DNA of 64,000 nucleotides from Anthoceros angustus. Its lineage: Eukaryota; Plantae; Anthocerotophyta. Shown here one piece after another: positions 27,046-38,750 of this stretch (the first letter of the stretch is position 1; the number at the start of each line of letters is the position of its first letter). The notes under the pieces are model-generated. The model did not search any database and had not been told where the DNA came from. It was given only the letters and a program-made list of their open reading frames with translations. The DNA lies in contig MU008172.1 of assembly GCA_010909165.1 (NCBI GenBank), positions 1,313,962-1,377,961 of the forward strand. The letters run 5' to 3'. The position numbers were made by a program, and so were the translations under genes.

Positions 27046-30000
27046 TGGATGGAACCTTCTCAGGTGGTGGTAGTATATGTGACTGGATCCGTGCAACTGC
27101 GAGTGCTGGATGGGGATTTGCTGCCAACTATGGTGAATGGGTGGAAGGTTAAGTACCTTCATGAGTACTGTTGTCGCAGACGCGAAAGCGGTGAGGAGGG
27201 AGTAATGGCATAAAGTTTGGAGCAACAGCCCAAGCGAGCCGGAGGAAGAGCAGACTTGATTTTTTGGCTAAGAATGATTGAAGGGATCATGCCGGGATTT
27301 TACGAAACTTGAAGGCTGGAGTTGTAGGATCTTTGTGGGAGGCGAGAGGATATCTCGGGGAAAAGCAGGTCAAAATGACCCACAGTGAGATGGAAGGCAG
27401 CCGAAGAAGTGAGGCGGCGGCACTACCGTGAGGGTCGCTCACACTACGCCAAGAGGTCGAGAGGAAGAGCGCAGACTACGGGTGAGGCTGGGGCGTCTCG
27501 GCCAAAAGGGAAAATTAGGATGGGAGATATCCACTATATGCCCACCAATAGTGGACTAGATAAATGGGTCGAATAGGAAATTAAAAGCTAGATTGGGCCG
27601 TTAGGAAACTAGGGGAAATAGTATCTTAGTATAAGAGGAATTGGAAACTCAATCAAGCTGTGGAAAAGGTGCCACGTGGTGCATATCCAAGGCGAGTAGA
27701 TTGGTAGTTACCATTCCTAACCCCAAGTTATCTTTATAATCTGCATGTGTGTAGGAGGTCACAACTTGAAGGTGAGGAAGCGCCAACAGGAAGGCGCCAC
27801 ACCAAGAGTAGAAGAGCCCCACATTACACGATGTACGTGCGCTGCGGGGATAGAGAGGCGCAAGCTAGGCGTAGAGGAGGAAAATAGGCAAGACAAGTAG
27901 GGTGCAGAAGAAGAAGGAAGGAAAGGGCCGGGTGGAAGGAAGAAGGCAATGCTTGCCCAAGCCCAAAGGTGTTGGGAAGAGCAAGGCATGTCAAAATTGA
28001 AGAGAAATTGCGAGAAGGGACTCTCAACTTGCTGGAAGATGTAAGAATCCGTGAAACGCCCTTAGAGAATTCCTTCTTTCGAAATCACAGCAATTGGAAA
28101 CTCGTCCTGGAAAAGCAAGGGTATAAGAGCTAGGGGAATTGTGAGCAAGGGCGAGGTCAAGGCCAGGGTGTGTGTGTGGAAATTGCAAGGAGCTGGAAGG
28201 TTCTTGGCATCCATTCAATTGTCCATCTCGAGGCCAAGCATGGAAAGACCATTGCCTTTTATGACACTCGGAGGATAGGCATCATCAAGCGCTGCAGCAT
28301 CAAGGCTGGAGGACTCTGCGAAGGAAGAGGAGGAAGCAGTGGTAGAACCCGAGGGGTTGCTGCCGGAGGAGGAGGAAACCTCCATGAGCGAGCCCCAGAG
28401 AGGAGCTCAAGAGATGCGAGGATAGGCCAAATGGTGTATAGGGAGACGCCTACCATGGTAGGTGCACACCCTACCGTGATAGGAACAACACGTAGGGAGT
28501 GGAGTGGGTGGGTAGGCAGCCCTCAGTGAGGAAGGGGGTGGAGTGCCTAGCACATGTTGCGCGGTGAAGGCCAAGGATGAAGAAGATAGAAGAGAGCTGA
28601 AGTTATGGTGCACCAATGCTAGTCATTTGCAAGAGGAGGCCATGGCGTGCGAAGCATGTGGAAGTACTTGCGTGGAGTAATGATGTGAGGATGGCATGAT
28701 AGGGCCGTGTGCTGAACTAGGAGAGGCCATGGTAGAGCTCTCATGGCAAGCTGAATTTGCAGCTGGGCTGCAAGATGGAGGTGGCATAGCCACAGGAAGG
28801 TAGTATTGCAGATGGGCTGCGATATGGAGAAGGAATCGCAATGGGGTGTGCATCATGAAGGCAAAATTCGCAGTTGGGCTGCAAGTAGGTGTGAAGGGAG
28901 GTCGTTGTGGTGGCCGCGAGGAGAATTGGGCAGCAAGGTAGGCTGATTCGAGAGTTGGTCAAGGAGTTCGCTAAGGAGAAATGTGGAGAAGGAGCTTGGT
29001 GAGGAGTTCAATAATGAATCACTAAAATGTATGTGGCAAGATATGCACAAGGAACTTGGTGTGTTGGATATGTGGATATAAGAACTCCAGAGTTAAGCGT
29101 CCTATGGGCGGATCAGTACTCAGATGGGGTGCCTTTTGTGTGAGGAGTATGAGCTTATATTTGCAAAAGACACAGGAGCTGATTGGGAAAGTTCTTAGTA
29201 GGGAGTTGCAGTGCCGGCACATTTTGGAGGCTGAGGATTGAGCTTTTTCCTTGGGTTTTGGGGTAGGATGGTCTCTATGGGAGCGCCTAGGGCCAAGGAG
29301 ATGCAGGAATGTTGCTCTTGCACAAGAGCTGAAGGATTGATGACTTAAGAGCCTTCTTGGTGCAAACCAACTAGGGTCTTGAATTTGTGCAAGATGGATG
29401 GAAAGGATCCTTAGATTCATGGTGGGGATTGATGGCTACGATAGAAATTAGAGGTTATGGCTGGCTGTGCGAAATAATGGATGGGATATGGCCACATGCT
29501 TGCAGCAACCACTCAAATCTATGGCTGCAATTTAGGAGCTCTGTTGCTATAATTGTCGCATGAGAAGACCTGGGCATCTAAAAGTGCAGAGAGGGAGTGA
29601 GAGCTAGAGCTGTGTGCGCTCTCAGTGTGTGTGCCTTCTTAAGAGTGATGCCATCTCCTCTTGGTGTTCTCTTTTCTTGTGGCACCAATTTCTTGGGTCT
29701 TGGTGTGCCTTGGCTTGGTTTTGAGTGAATTTCTTCTAAGAGGGATGTCCTTAGTGTTCTTGGTGCTTAGCTTGGTGTTTGTTCTCCTCATGGGATTGCT
29801 AAGAGCCAAGCAGGATGAGGTGGTTCGGAGGAAGCGTGTGGATGCCGTGAAGGGTTTCGGCCAAGAAACCCCAACTCATGAAGCGCATGGTGGTAGTTTG
29901 GAGTGTAAACCCATTGCCAAAAATATTGGGCGATGGCATGTGTGTGGAGGCCTACAATAATTGTGAAGAGGAGGATGCTTGGGCCACACGATGATGATAG

Positions 30001-32104
30001 GGAGGCCCTCATGCAGATTAAGCCGGGGCCTTAGATTTTGATGAGGTCACAAGCGATATGGACTCAGGAGTTTGGAGAAGAAATGGCGAGGAAGGAGCCT
30101 ACAGCAGGGAGAAGGCGACCTACGGTAGGTCTGTCGAAGGAGGCAATGGATGCAAGTGCTATTGAGGGAGCGATGGTAGGGAGGCAAGTACTTTGGCCCC
30201 ACAGAGATGTTAAGGAGGAGGTTGTCTCCCTAGGAGAATGAAAAATCACAAAGAGGAGCTCAACCTACCAACATAAGTGCAGGGAAGGAGGTCACTTGTT
30301 CCACAAGTGAGGAGGATGAGTCCTCGGCGCCAAAGGAAGGAGATGGCGCAGGGAAGCAGGTGAGGTCACCCTACCACGGTGAGTGACCACCCTACACGGT
30401 AGTGCAGTGCGTGGTAGGCCCACCACCCTCGCGTGACGGCTGTGAGGCGGTACCACAGGCGTGGGACTGAGGGGAGCCGGGCCACGAGGCTTTGAGGATG
30501 AAGGGCGGGGTCGAAGATACCCTAAGATGATGGAGTGGTGGTGGGAGCAACCGGGAGGAGAGAGGCAGGGGTCCGACCCGTGAGAAGGGAGGGTGAGGGA
30601 GAACACCCCACGGATAAGGGAGGCAGGCCGAGAGGAGACCAACGCAAAGAAGGCCCGGAGGAATTAGTGACAACATCGGTCAAATGGGGAGGAACCTTTG
30701 AAGACATGCTCCATAATAGGTATGGACAAATCAAACAAGAAAGGAGCAAAAGGATCTCAGGAGACCATCACCGATGGAGAGGAAGAGAAGGAGATAGGGA
30801 CGGACTACCATGGTAGGTAGTCACCTACCGATGCCGGACTACGCGTAGGGTGCCTTTGAAGGAGGCCGCGGTGGAGGCTAGAAAAGGCGCTGGCGGAGCG
30901 CGATTGCTGGATGGCAAGAGGAATCAGGCGCCGCCCAGCGGAGATGGAGGAAGGGGCAGATTGTACTTGCCCCAAATTAGGAAGATGACAAAAGTGGGGA
31001 AGGGGCAAGAGCAAAAGGAGGCGAGGCCAATCCACAGAGAGGGTCCCCGCAAGATAAGGTGGAATGGTCAATGACCATAAATGCTAGATGAAGAATAGGA
31101 AGGACGGTGATGTAACAACATCCTTAAAGACTTAGGTGAAGTTGCTAGAATAGAATTTACCAAGGATCGGACAATAGACTTAGGTGCCAGACATTAAATC
31201 TTGTAGGAAATAATAGAAAATTGGAAAAGGTGACTGCGGTAGGGTCACCAAGGGAGGTTGTATGTGGAAGGCCTCCTATAAGAGGAGGAGGATTTCACAA
31301 AGTAAAGTATCATGTCTTGCGCTTCCACGCTCGAGTCCTTTGCCATTCTGAGAGGAATTTCGTGTGAGCCAACCACGTCACAGAGGAAGTCGCGGTGGTC
31401 GGAGTGCTTGGTGGAGGACTTGCTCTGCAAGTGCCTAAGCGAGTTGCTCCCCTTGTGAATGGTTCTTTGTGAAATTGCTTTGCTTTGGGTGTGTGGCAAA
31501 TGCCGGAGAACTCTCGGCTTGAGGGTAGACTACAGGAAAGACTCCTGGAGGTTCTCGTTGTCACAGTGTCAAACTCATACCGGCCCAAGGAAGAACTTCT
31601 GGTGGAGGCGGACCCAGGCGGTTGTGCCGTAAGGCGGTCGAAACCAGTGCCAGGCGAGGTTAGAATAGGAGGAAGAGGATGAGAAGATGAGTAGAGGATT
31701 AGAGGTGTAGGTGTTAGTGGAAGGCCACAGAGGCCCTAAGGGACGAATCCCAAACTGCAAGTAAAGGCGCTCACAGTGGAGAAGTGGTCTTAAGTAGGGA
31801 AATCGCGGTGTGGATCGGGGGTCCACTGGGCGCCGTGATAGGCTCCTCACTGGCGGGACACACAATTGTTTGTCGTGTAGGTTGAGGTTGGCATTTTGGA
31901 GCGGTGCAAGTGTGCTGTGGAGGAGTAGAGGCGCCTTGCTTGTTTAGAAAGAGAAGTGTGTCTGCGGTGGCGATCGGGCATCACAAGACCTCGAACTTTC
32001 ACACAAGTCTCATGGGACGAAACCCAGCGTGAGCGGCGATTGGGATAAGTGTGGCCGCTATAGTGGGAGGACCTCGGGAGTGCCCCGGGTTTTCCCTAAC
32101 CACA
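27046..32104 (+). mobile_element. Ty3/Gypsy (Tat/Athila-like) 3' portion, copy B, 5'-truncated inside the integrase tail
   Basis: 27046-27156 translates as WMEPSQVVVVYVTGSVQLRVLDGDLLPTMVNGWKVKY (GPY/F-type integrase end). Extra-ORF remnants follow, then a PPT at ~31090-31110 and the LTR. Confidence 0.85.
31111..32104 (+). repeat. 3' LTR of Gypsy copy B (~994 bp)
   Basis: TGTAAC...AACCACA, homologous to 10473-11446. Confidence 0.8.
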
Positions 32105-32247
32105 CACCCCTACTTCATAGTGAGTGAGAGTGATCAAATATTTGACATATTAGGGCCCTATTCATAAGGTAGCTAATTTTCACCCCTACTTCATAGTGAG
32201 TGAGAGTGATGAAATATTTGACATATTAGGGCCGTATTCATAAGGTA
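32105..32247 (+). repeat. 67-bp direct repeat x2 immediately after the LTR
   Basis: The cacccctacttcatag...ttcataaggta copies at 32105-32171 and 32181-32247 differ at 2 positions. Confidence 0.9.
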
Positions 32248-32329
32248 TCCTTTAAATTCTCATTATTTATTTCTTAGGGCGATAATTAGATTAATTAGTT
32301 ACTTAATTGGTTATTTGGTTACAACATTC

Positions 32330-33000
32330 TATAACAGCGTGTGGGTGGAAAGGGGTCTCTCCAGTCACCCGTTTTTGCACGCGCCCGGACTTTTGCGGAT
32401 GCCAAATTGTACGCCGAAAAATCCATATTGAGAACAGCAGTTTTGAAGAGTTAGGTCTTATTTACGCGTTTACAAATGTATTTGATTTTAAACTTTATCA
32501 AATTCTGAGGTATCCTAAAAGAAGGCCACTCTCACGACCAGCACGTGTACAAACATTTACAGTTTTAGGGCCTCTACTATGATTCTGATGCGCAAACAAG
32601 TTTGCGTATCAACTTTTCACTCGCAGCACTCAATCCTAAGACTATACTCTCGCTATGTGAATTCTATAGGACTTTGTTTCTCAAACATTGGCAGGATAAT
32701 ATCTTCATTGATCTAATGCTCTTGATCCGCGTGCAATGCGAGAATGAGATTGGTATGGTCTGCACTTACACGCCAAACGTCTCAAGATTCAAAAGAATGG
32801 TTCTCACTACTAGTTCAAAGCTTTGATCACTACAGGAAAAGATGAGGGCTAAGTCAAGATGAGGACATATTCAAATTAGGGAGGTGCACAAAAAGGGTTG
32901 AAAACAACAAAAGGAATCTTTTAAAACAACAAAAATACCAACAACAATACTAAAAAACGCACGAAAAGGCCAAAATTTTATAGCAAGTGCGCTCACTTGC
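32330..33000 (+). mobile_element. Dispersed repeat family member (possibly a non-autonomous TIR element), homologous to ~61130-61720 and to part of the macrosatellite unit
   Basis: Shared blocks tacaaacattta, caatcctaagactatactc, caagattcaaaaga and ttagggaggtgcacaaaaa. Confidence 0.6.
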
Positions 33001-33523
33001 CCCGAGAACCTGAAATTTTTTTTGGATGTATTTCATATGTTTTTGGATTTTTTGCTTATTTTGTGCAAATAGGCTTGCACACTGCCACATTGGGTGCGTA
33101 AACTTGTCTGCGCACTCATCTCGTTCCGTCTGTTTTCTAACATAAATGCTTGTATGAGATGAAGGGTGGACATGCAAAAATAGCCTATAACTGATGGTTC
33201 TGCTTATTTTCACCCCTTCAAAATTGCAGTGTCCACCCATGGATGTGGTACATTGTGACCAAATGAAAATACAAGGTGTGGCGCCGCGACTTTGAACACC
33301 ACATTTAAGTTAGCAAACACCCTTATCGTGATGACATCAGTATCAGCCAGTCATGTGTCATATAATACCATCCAGGCTACAACCATGCATTTCAGTGACA
33401 CATCGTGCACCTTCAAACCATGCTAAGTCGGTAGCGTCGGTCACTCCCATTCCATGATCTAAGTTTATAACAACAAAACAAAACAAGAATCGACATAATT
33501 GTCAGACCTCATCAGAGGTTCGA

Positions 33524-34005
33524 GCTAAATGCGTCAGCATCCGCTCAAGTTAAGTGGAGAGTTCCTAGTCCACAAAAAGCGCGCATCATCAGCGTGAGAA
33601 TGTGGGCTCATGCTCACTGATCATGCAACCTATTGTTCCAACGGATGAATTGCATAGAAAAGAATGACAATCGTGAGCCTTTGCTCGGTGATCTCGCGAC
33701 CGGCGCTTTCCGACTGAGACTCTCTGGCGGACTCGGCTACCAACACGGGACCTCTTAAGCTCGTCCCGTCTCATCGTCTCCATCTAGGTGCCCAGCCTGA
33801 TTCTCTCCGCTCCATACATCACTCCTCGGTAACCTTGTTACATCATCATTCATCTTGGATTCTCAAGCAAAACTTAAATCTCGCCCTATTCACATAGGCA
33901 CCGGCACTATTGACCTAATCGTGCTTCCATTTACCACGCATTTATACCCACATGCGAATTAACCTATGCCCCAGCCTGGCCCTACATATCATGATGGCGG
34001 TGACA
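33524..34005 (-). repeat. 3' LTR-like repeat of the DNMT-bearing Gypsy
   Basis: ~480-bp collinear match to 40927-41422. Confidence 0.8.
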
Positions 34006-34207
34006 CATGTACACACCTTCAAACCATGCTAAGTAAGTGGCGTCGGTCACTCCCATTCCATCTAAGTTTATAACAACAAAACAAAACAAGAATCACGACA
34101 TAATTCGACCTCATTCCCAGTGGGCGAAGGGCGTCAAGCCCGCAACATCAAGCGGAGAACCAAACAACCAAGAAGACTCACATGCCAGCGCTCCCAGTAC
34201 CCTTACT

Positions 34208-34335
34208 CCGACAGCAGGGCAATACCAAACACCGGCACCTCGGTGAGTGGTGGAGACAAACAAAATAGATGGAATCCACCATTGCATCAGTCACACAACA
34301 ACATAAGCTCCGGATCGTCTGTTGGCGGCATGGAT
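34208..34335 (-). pseudogene. PHD finger at the pol C-terminus
   Basis: DYPC..[29 protein letters not shown]/WYCPA, a C4HC3 pattern with one stop and frameshifts. Confidence 0.8.
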
Positions 34336-34399
34336 AATCGGAAGGTGGCACCCAATCCGCATACGATCGTGGGGTCCAGTTGGGAAGATGGCAAGGAGC

Positions 34400-35600
34400 A
34401 CAATTCTTCATGTGCTCTTGAGGATCGTCCGTCGACCCTTGCAACACCAACACACATTGTCGGCACCTCTTTAACTCGCAATACATGTCTACGAGTAGAA
34501 GGTTCCAGTATTGGCGATCATCTCGTAGATAAACATAGTCTCCGTGTGAAACTTCTTCAATTTAGGCGGAAGTGGCCGCATGCGAGTGTAAGCATAGCGG
34601 CGTGTCTCGAGCAATCGAAGGTTAGCCATAGCCATGGGCATAAAATAAAGCTACCGCTCACCAACGATCGGGCCCATGTGGCGGGATCATCCGGGGCCAC
34701 TACGATGCATTTCCTTGGCAATGGAGCGGGAGCAGGATCCACCCAAAGAGCAAGAAATAGGGAAAAATGGGCCAAGCGTGCTTACTCATACGATACCCCA
34801 TCGCCACATACGGCGCGAGTCCCAATCAACTTGAGGCATTGTCAACAGCAGTTTCGTAAACTTGCTTAATGGTACAGACCAAGCGCTCGCCAACCCATGG
34901 GGATGATCTCGACTAGTTCGTCGATGATCAATGAAAGCATGATCCAACAATCTGAAATTCTCCACGAAACTCCGTACCACGATCGAGACATTCGCCAAAC
35001 CGACTAAGCACATCTTTGTAAAAAAGGCGTGCTCCTCGAGCTCTTATCGGGCAAAGCAACAATCTCAGCCCACTTAGAAAAGTGTTCTACCATCACCATC
35101 ACATAAACATTACCCCGTGCTGTCTTAGGCAACTCACCAATAAGATCGCAAGACCCGGTGAAGAAAAGACCCACGATAGGTAATGGCTGGGCTGCGATGG
35201 CTTGATATTAAAAGAAGCCTTTACCTTTGCTCGCATTGGGCTATCGGATCACGAACTTGACCATACATGCCACTCCAATGAGGAGCCAACAAACTATCGT
35301 TCGTTTGGCAATGCCCCATGTCGGCATGAGCCAGCTTGACCAATCATGGCGGCGGCACGGTCGAAACGCTTCTTTGCCGGTCTGCATCGAGATAACCATC
35401 TCGCCAATTGTATCGGCCGCCCGTTCTTTGAATCGTGTTTTACGCTTGTACACCCTAGGGTATGAACCGGTTGCAAATAATGCATGGTTCCGAATCATCC
35501 AAATGTCTCGCTCATGCCAACAATCGGTATAAGCAGGCACAATGCTCAAGTCTCCCAAAGCGGCGACAGGCCATCTAGTCACCATCCCATTCTCGTCAAA
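34400..35600 (-). pseudogene. Integrase (disrupted)
   Basis: DHRRTSRDHP.GLA core motif at ~34880-34930 and EHMKNCAPCHLPN tail at ~34385-34415. Position follows RH. Confidence 0.75.
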
Positions 35601-36850
35601 ATCTTGTCGTGCCTATGGTCTTCTTAGATTCCACGGATGCCGTGATAACAAACAAATCGGCGTGCGGTGACAAGCTCCGGACGATGAACAACCTCAAAAT
35701 CATAATCTTGTAAGGTCATTGCCCACGAGCCAACTTGCCACTCAATTGGGTGTTAGTCATCAACCACTTCAAGGCGATGGTCGTCACGGTGTAAACTGCG
35801 CCCATACAAGTAAGGCCGAAAATGACATACACCACGGCCGCCAAACACTCCCTTCATAACTAGGGTAATTACTCTCAGCTCTATTGCAATCTGAGAAGCA
35901 TACAATTACACGTTCATGACTGCATCATCAATTTGGGCGAACCCAAACCAGTGACTCAATCCAAGTATACTGTGAATGGTTTGTCAAAATCGGGTCTAGC
36001 CATGACGAGCATCTCGATCAACTGTCCTTCAACATAAGAAACGCTTGCTCACACGCTCCAATCCCAAGCGACATTCTTGCGTAACAACTCATTGAGAGGC
36101 TTGGCAATGCGACTAAAATCCGTAAATGCGATAATAATTGCGAGGCCCGGATATGCCCTTAACGTGGACACGCTGGTAGGCGCAGTACCTCAAGATAGCT
36201 GAACCTTAGCGGCGTGAGGCATAATGCGTTAGGCACAATCCTATGACCTAGAATCTTGATCATTATCAACACCCAGCTCACACTTGGCGGGATGACACTT
36301 CAATCTTGCCTTCGGCCGAAAATAGGTCCTCCAAGTGAACCAAATGTGTCAAAGTCTCGTGAACCAACACATCATCGATGTAACACAAGAGATGTGGTGC
36401 ACCCGCCAACACCTTGTCCATGATTCTCTGAAACGTAACAGGAGCATTACGGAACCCAAAAGGCATGAACAGCCACTCCCAAAGTTGTTGCGAGCCGTGG
36501 AACGCCATCTTCTTGATGTCCTCATCCGCCATGGGCACCTGGTTAAATCCCTGACGCAGGTCCAACACCGAAAAAAACGAAGATTGTCCAATCTGATCAA
36601 ATAACTCCTCCGGGGTAGGCAGATACGATCTGCTGCCGGCTGCGTTCGAGGCCGATAATCACCACATGCGTTTTGGTCCACAATCACGACTATCCTTCTT
36701 GGGTGGAAGAGCATTGGCAAAATCGACGTGGATGGCGAATCAACCTTCATGTAACTCCTTACGTCGTCCACGATCTCCCACTCGGCGGGCTAAGGCGGTA
36801 CCGGCGCAACCGGCTCATTAGTGGTCGGTGAACACGGAACTTCATCATTA
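35600..36850 (-). pseudogene. Reverse transcriptase / RNase H (disrupted)
   Basis: LDLRQGFNQV, MPFGFRNAPVTFQRIMD and YIDD (36371-36382); PDFDKPFTVY at the RNase H start (~35965-35995). Confidence 0.95.
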
Positions 36851-37179
36851 CAAGTACCGGCTCCTTCATAGAAGGCAAAACAATCTCGGTGCCCAGCGGT
36901 CACTTAACTGCCTCGATCTTGTCAGCGAGACCCATATTCCGAAACATATCGAGGCTCAAGCCGCTGCGTGATGATAAACCGGTCTCCGAATCCGAATTGC
37001 TCGACCATACAAGCCGAAACCGAATGATGGACACGAGCTATTGACTCCCCAGCATCCAGGTATAAGAGATCGAATCAGAAAGGGCAAGTGAAAGACATGG
37101 ATGACATGCTCCAGCCACGTGAAATAAACCCACAAAAGCGGAGCACGACAAGATTTGAAACACTAAACAAATGGTAACA

Positions 37180-38030
37180 AGCCGTGGCATAGCAAATCCA
37201 TAGCACGCCGAAAGAGCAATCCGATGACGTAAGTGGCGCCAACATGTAGCATATCAAACCCCATGATACGTTCTCGTTCTTCCACGATGGGCTCCTCCCA
37301 TCGTTGAGTCGAACATTCAACAACAGCCCATTGCCAGCCCACGATCGCATAAGAACCGGAAAAGCCGGTGTGGTAGTGCGGCGGCATGCGGCCGATTAGT
37401 TGGAAACCACGGAGACTTCTCCACCTTCACCGGACGGACTATGATATGGTTCCAAAACATCTTGCAACCGGAGCTGATCATCACGAATCTTTGAAGTGCC
37501 AATTGCAAAATTGTGCATGGAGCCCAATTGGTCCAATAGTGCGTAAGCGGTGGGCAAAGCTACGACTGCGACATCCATGACAAACGGAGATCCCACCACA
37601 TGTTGGATCAAGCGTGGCATCGACAAACAAGTGCGGCCGAGGATCTAAATGTGCGGGTATTCTCGAGCACATACACCATATGAGGTGCACTGTTGAAGCC
37701 AATGCAAAATACGAGCCAACAAAAAGCGATCCGCTCGTGGATCACGCAAACCCGCACCTTGGCCAGCAGGAAAACCCCGGCACTCCCATCCGATCACCGG
37801 ATCAACCGGGCAAAGCACGGATGTGAGATTGGTGAATGTCAGACATCTTGAGGTAAGCGTGAGCGTAGTCACAAATCGATCGAAACAAACTAGATGGCGA
37901 GAATGTCTGCAGCGATGCCCGACAATCTGACCGGACAATTGTCCGGTAATAATATTGGCGCGCAAAGCGCCGCGTAATAGAGCCTCCAAGCGATTACAAA
38001 CCTAATTCCAATACCACATAACCGGCCTAC
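37180..38030 (-). pseudogene. C5 cytosine DNA methyltransferase domain (DNMT3-like) inside the Gypsy pol
   Basis: Motif I GYVVLEL..LEALLRG (38023-37969); RLPQDV/DI; motif IV VD.VIGWECRG..AGQGAGLRDPR (Cys at 37780-37782); motif VI YVLEN (37673-37659); motif VIII SFAHRLR/YWTN (37561-37527); motifs IX-X WEEPIVEERERIMGF...RAMDL (37300-37193). Confidence 0.88.
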
Positions 38031-38449
38031 ATGGGCCAAATAATGGTATGTTGATTCAAAGGTGGAAACAGCGTTAGGCAGACTCAAAACGGCTTTGTCC
38101 GGCCTCAATCCCGGCCGCATGAAATTCTTTAAAGCATACTCCACATGCAGGCGGCACTCTCTTGCTGACTCGACAACGGGGCTCGCGAGGCAATGGTATC
38201 CACATCATCGAAACAGCAGGTGGCATCATCCTCTGTAAAATCCAAGAGATGTGATGATCATCACGAGGTAACAAAGGATAGCATCGGACATGCTTGGCGG
38301 TCGACTAATGCGTCACCGGCTAGCTGATGATGTAAGTCAAAGGAATGTAGGCTGCGACCACCCGCCGTAATCCGGACGATAATATACGCTCCGTCCGGTT
38401 GTCAATCCCAACTCGGTGAGCGAAATTCCTGCCAGGATGTCATAGTTGG

Positions 38450-38750
38450 TGGCGGTGATACCAAAGCAGGCAAGTCCGGTGAACAACATCGTTAGTACCG
38501 AGTTTCAAGGCGATAGAAGCGGACACCTGTCTCGCCAGGCGGCTCGATGGCCCTGGCGGTCGAATACTCCACGGGGCTCTTGAGAGCATCTCCCCACGTC
38601 TGCGTACGCCAAGGCTTGACCGATGATAACAGGTTGTGCTCCGTGTCCAAGAGCACCACCGTGGTGCTACTCCATTGTGATAACACAACTTTGATTGTCA
38701 ACCACGGCATGGTTGATAGGCACTGCATCCGCTGAGTAGGCTGGATCATG
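38450..38750 (-). pseudogene. Aspartic protease
   Basis: VLLDTG AQPVIIGQALA is restored by one 1-bp correction at ~38640. Confidence 0.75.

Larger units (their letters stand above)
11447..27046. repeat. Composite macrosatellite, ~3.3-3.9 kb unit, about 4.2 units
   Basis: Marker gaaatttgaaaatggagataagatgagaatccc at ~11771, 15674, 19338, 22681 and 26421. Each unit has a conserved block, a 35-bp minisatellite, an AT-rich block, a purine tract and (GAA)n. Confidence 0.95.

Noticed and set aside
10473-32104. LTRs at 10473 and 31111 as the two ends of one element containing the satellite
   Set aside because: Both are preceded by a PPT and 3' internal sequence, no PBS follows 11446, the LTRs are clearly diverged, and there is no shared TSD. 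They are 3' LTRs of two elements.
34120-34869. 249-aa plus-strand ORF
   Set aside because: It is antisense to the integrase/PHD region and has no independent motif.
37180-38030. Interpreting the DNMT as a host DRM gene or a bacterial contaminant
   Set aside because: The motif order is canonical rather than DRM-permuted, there are no introns or UBA domains, and the domain is continuous with PR and RT between LTRs.
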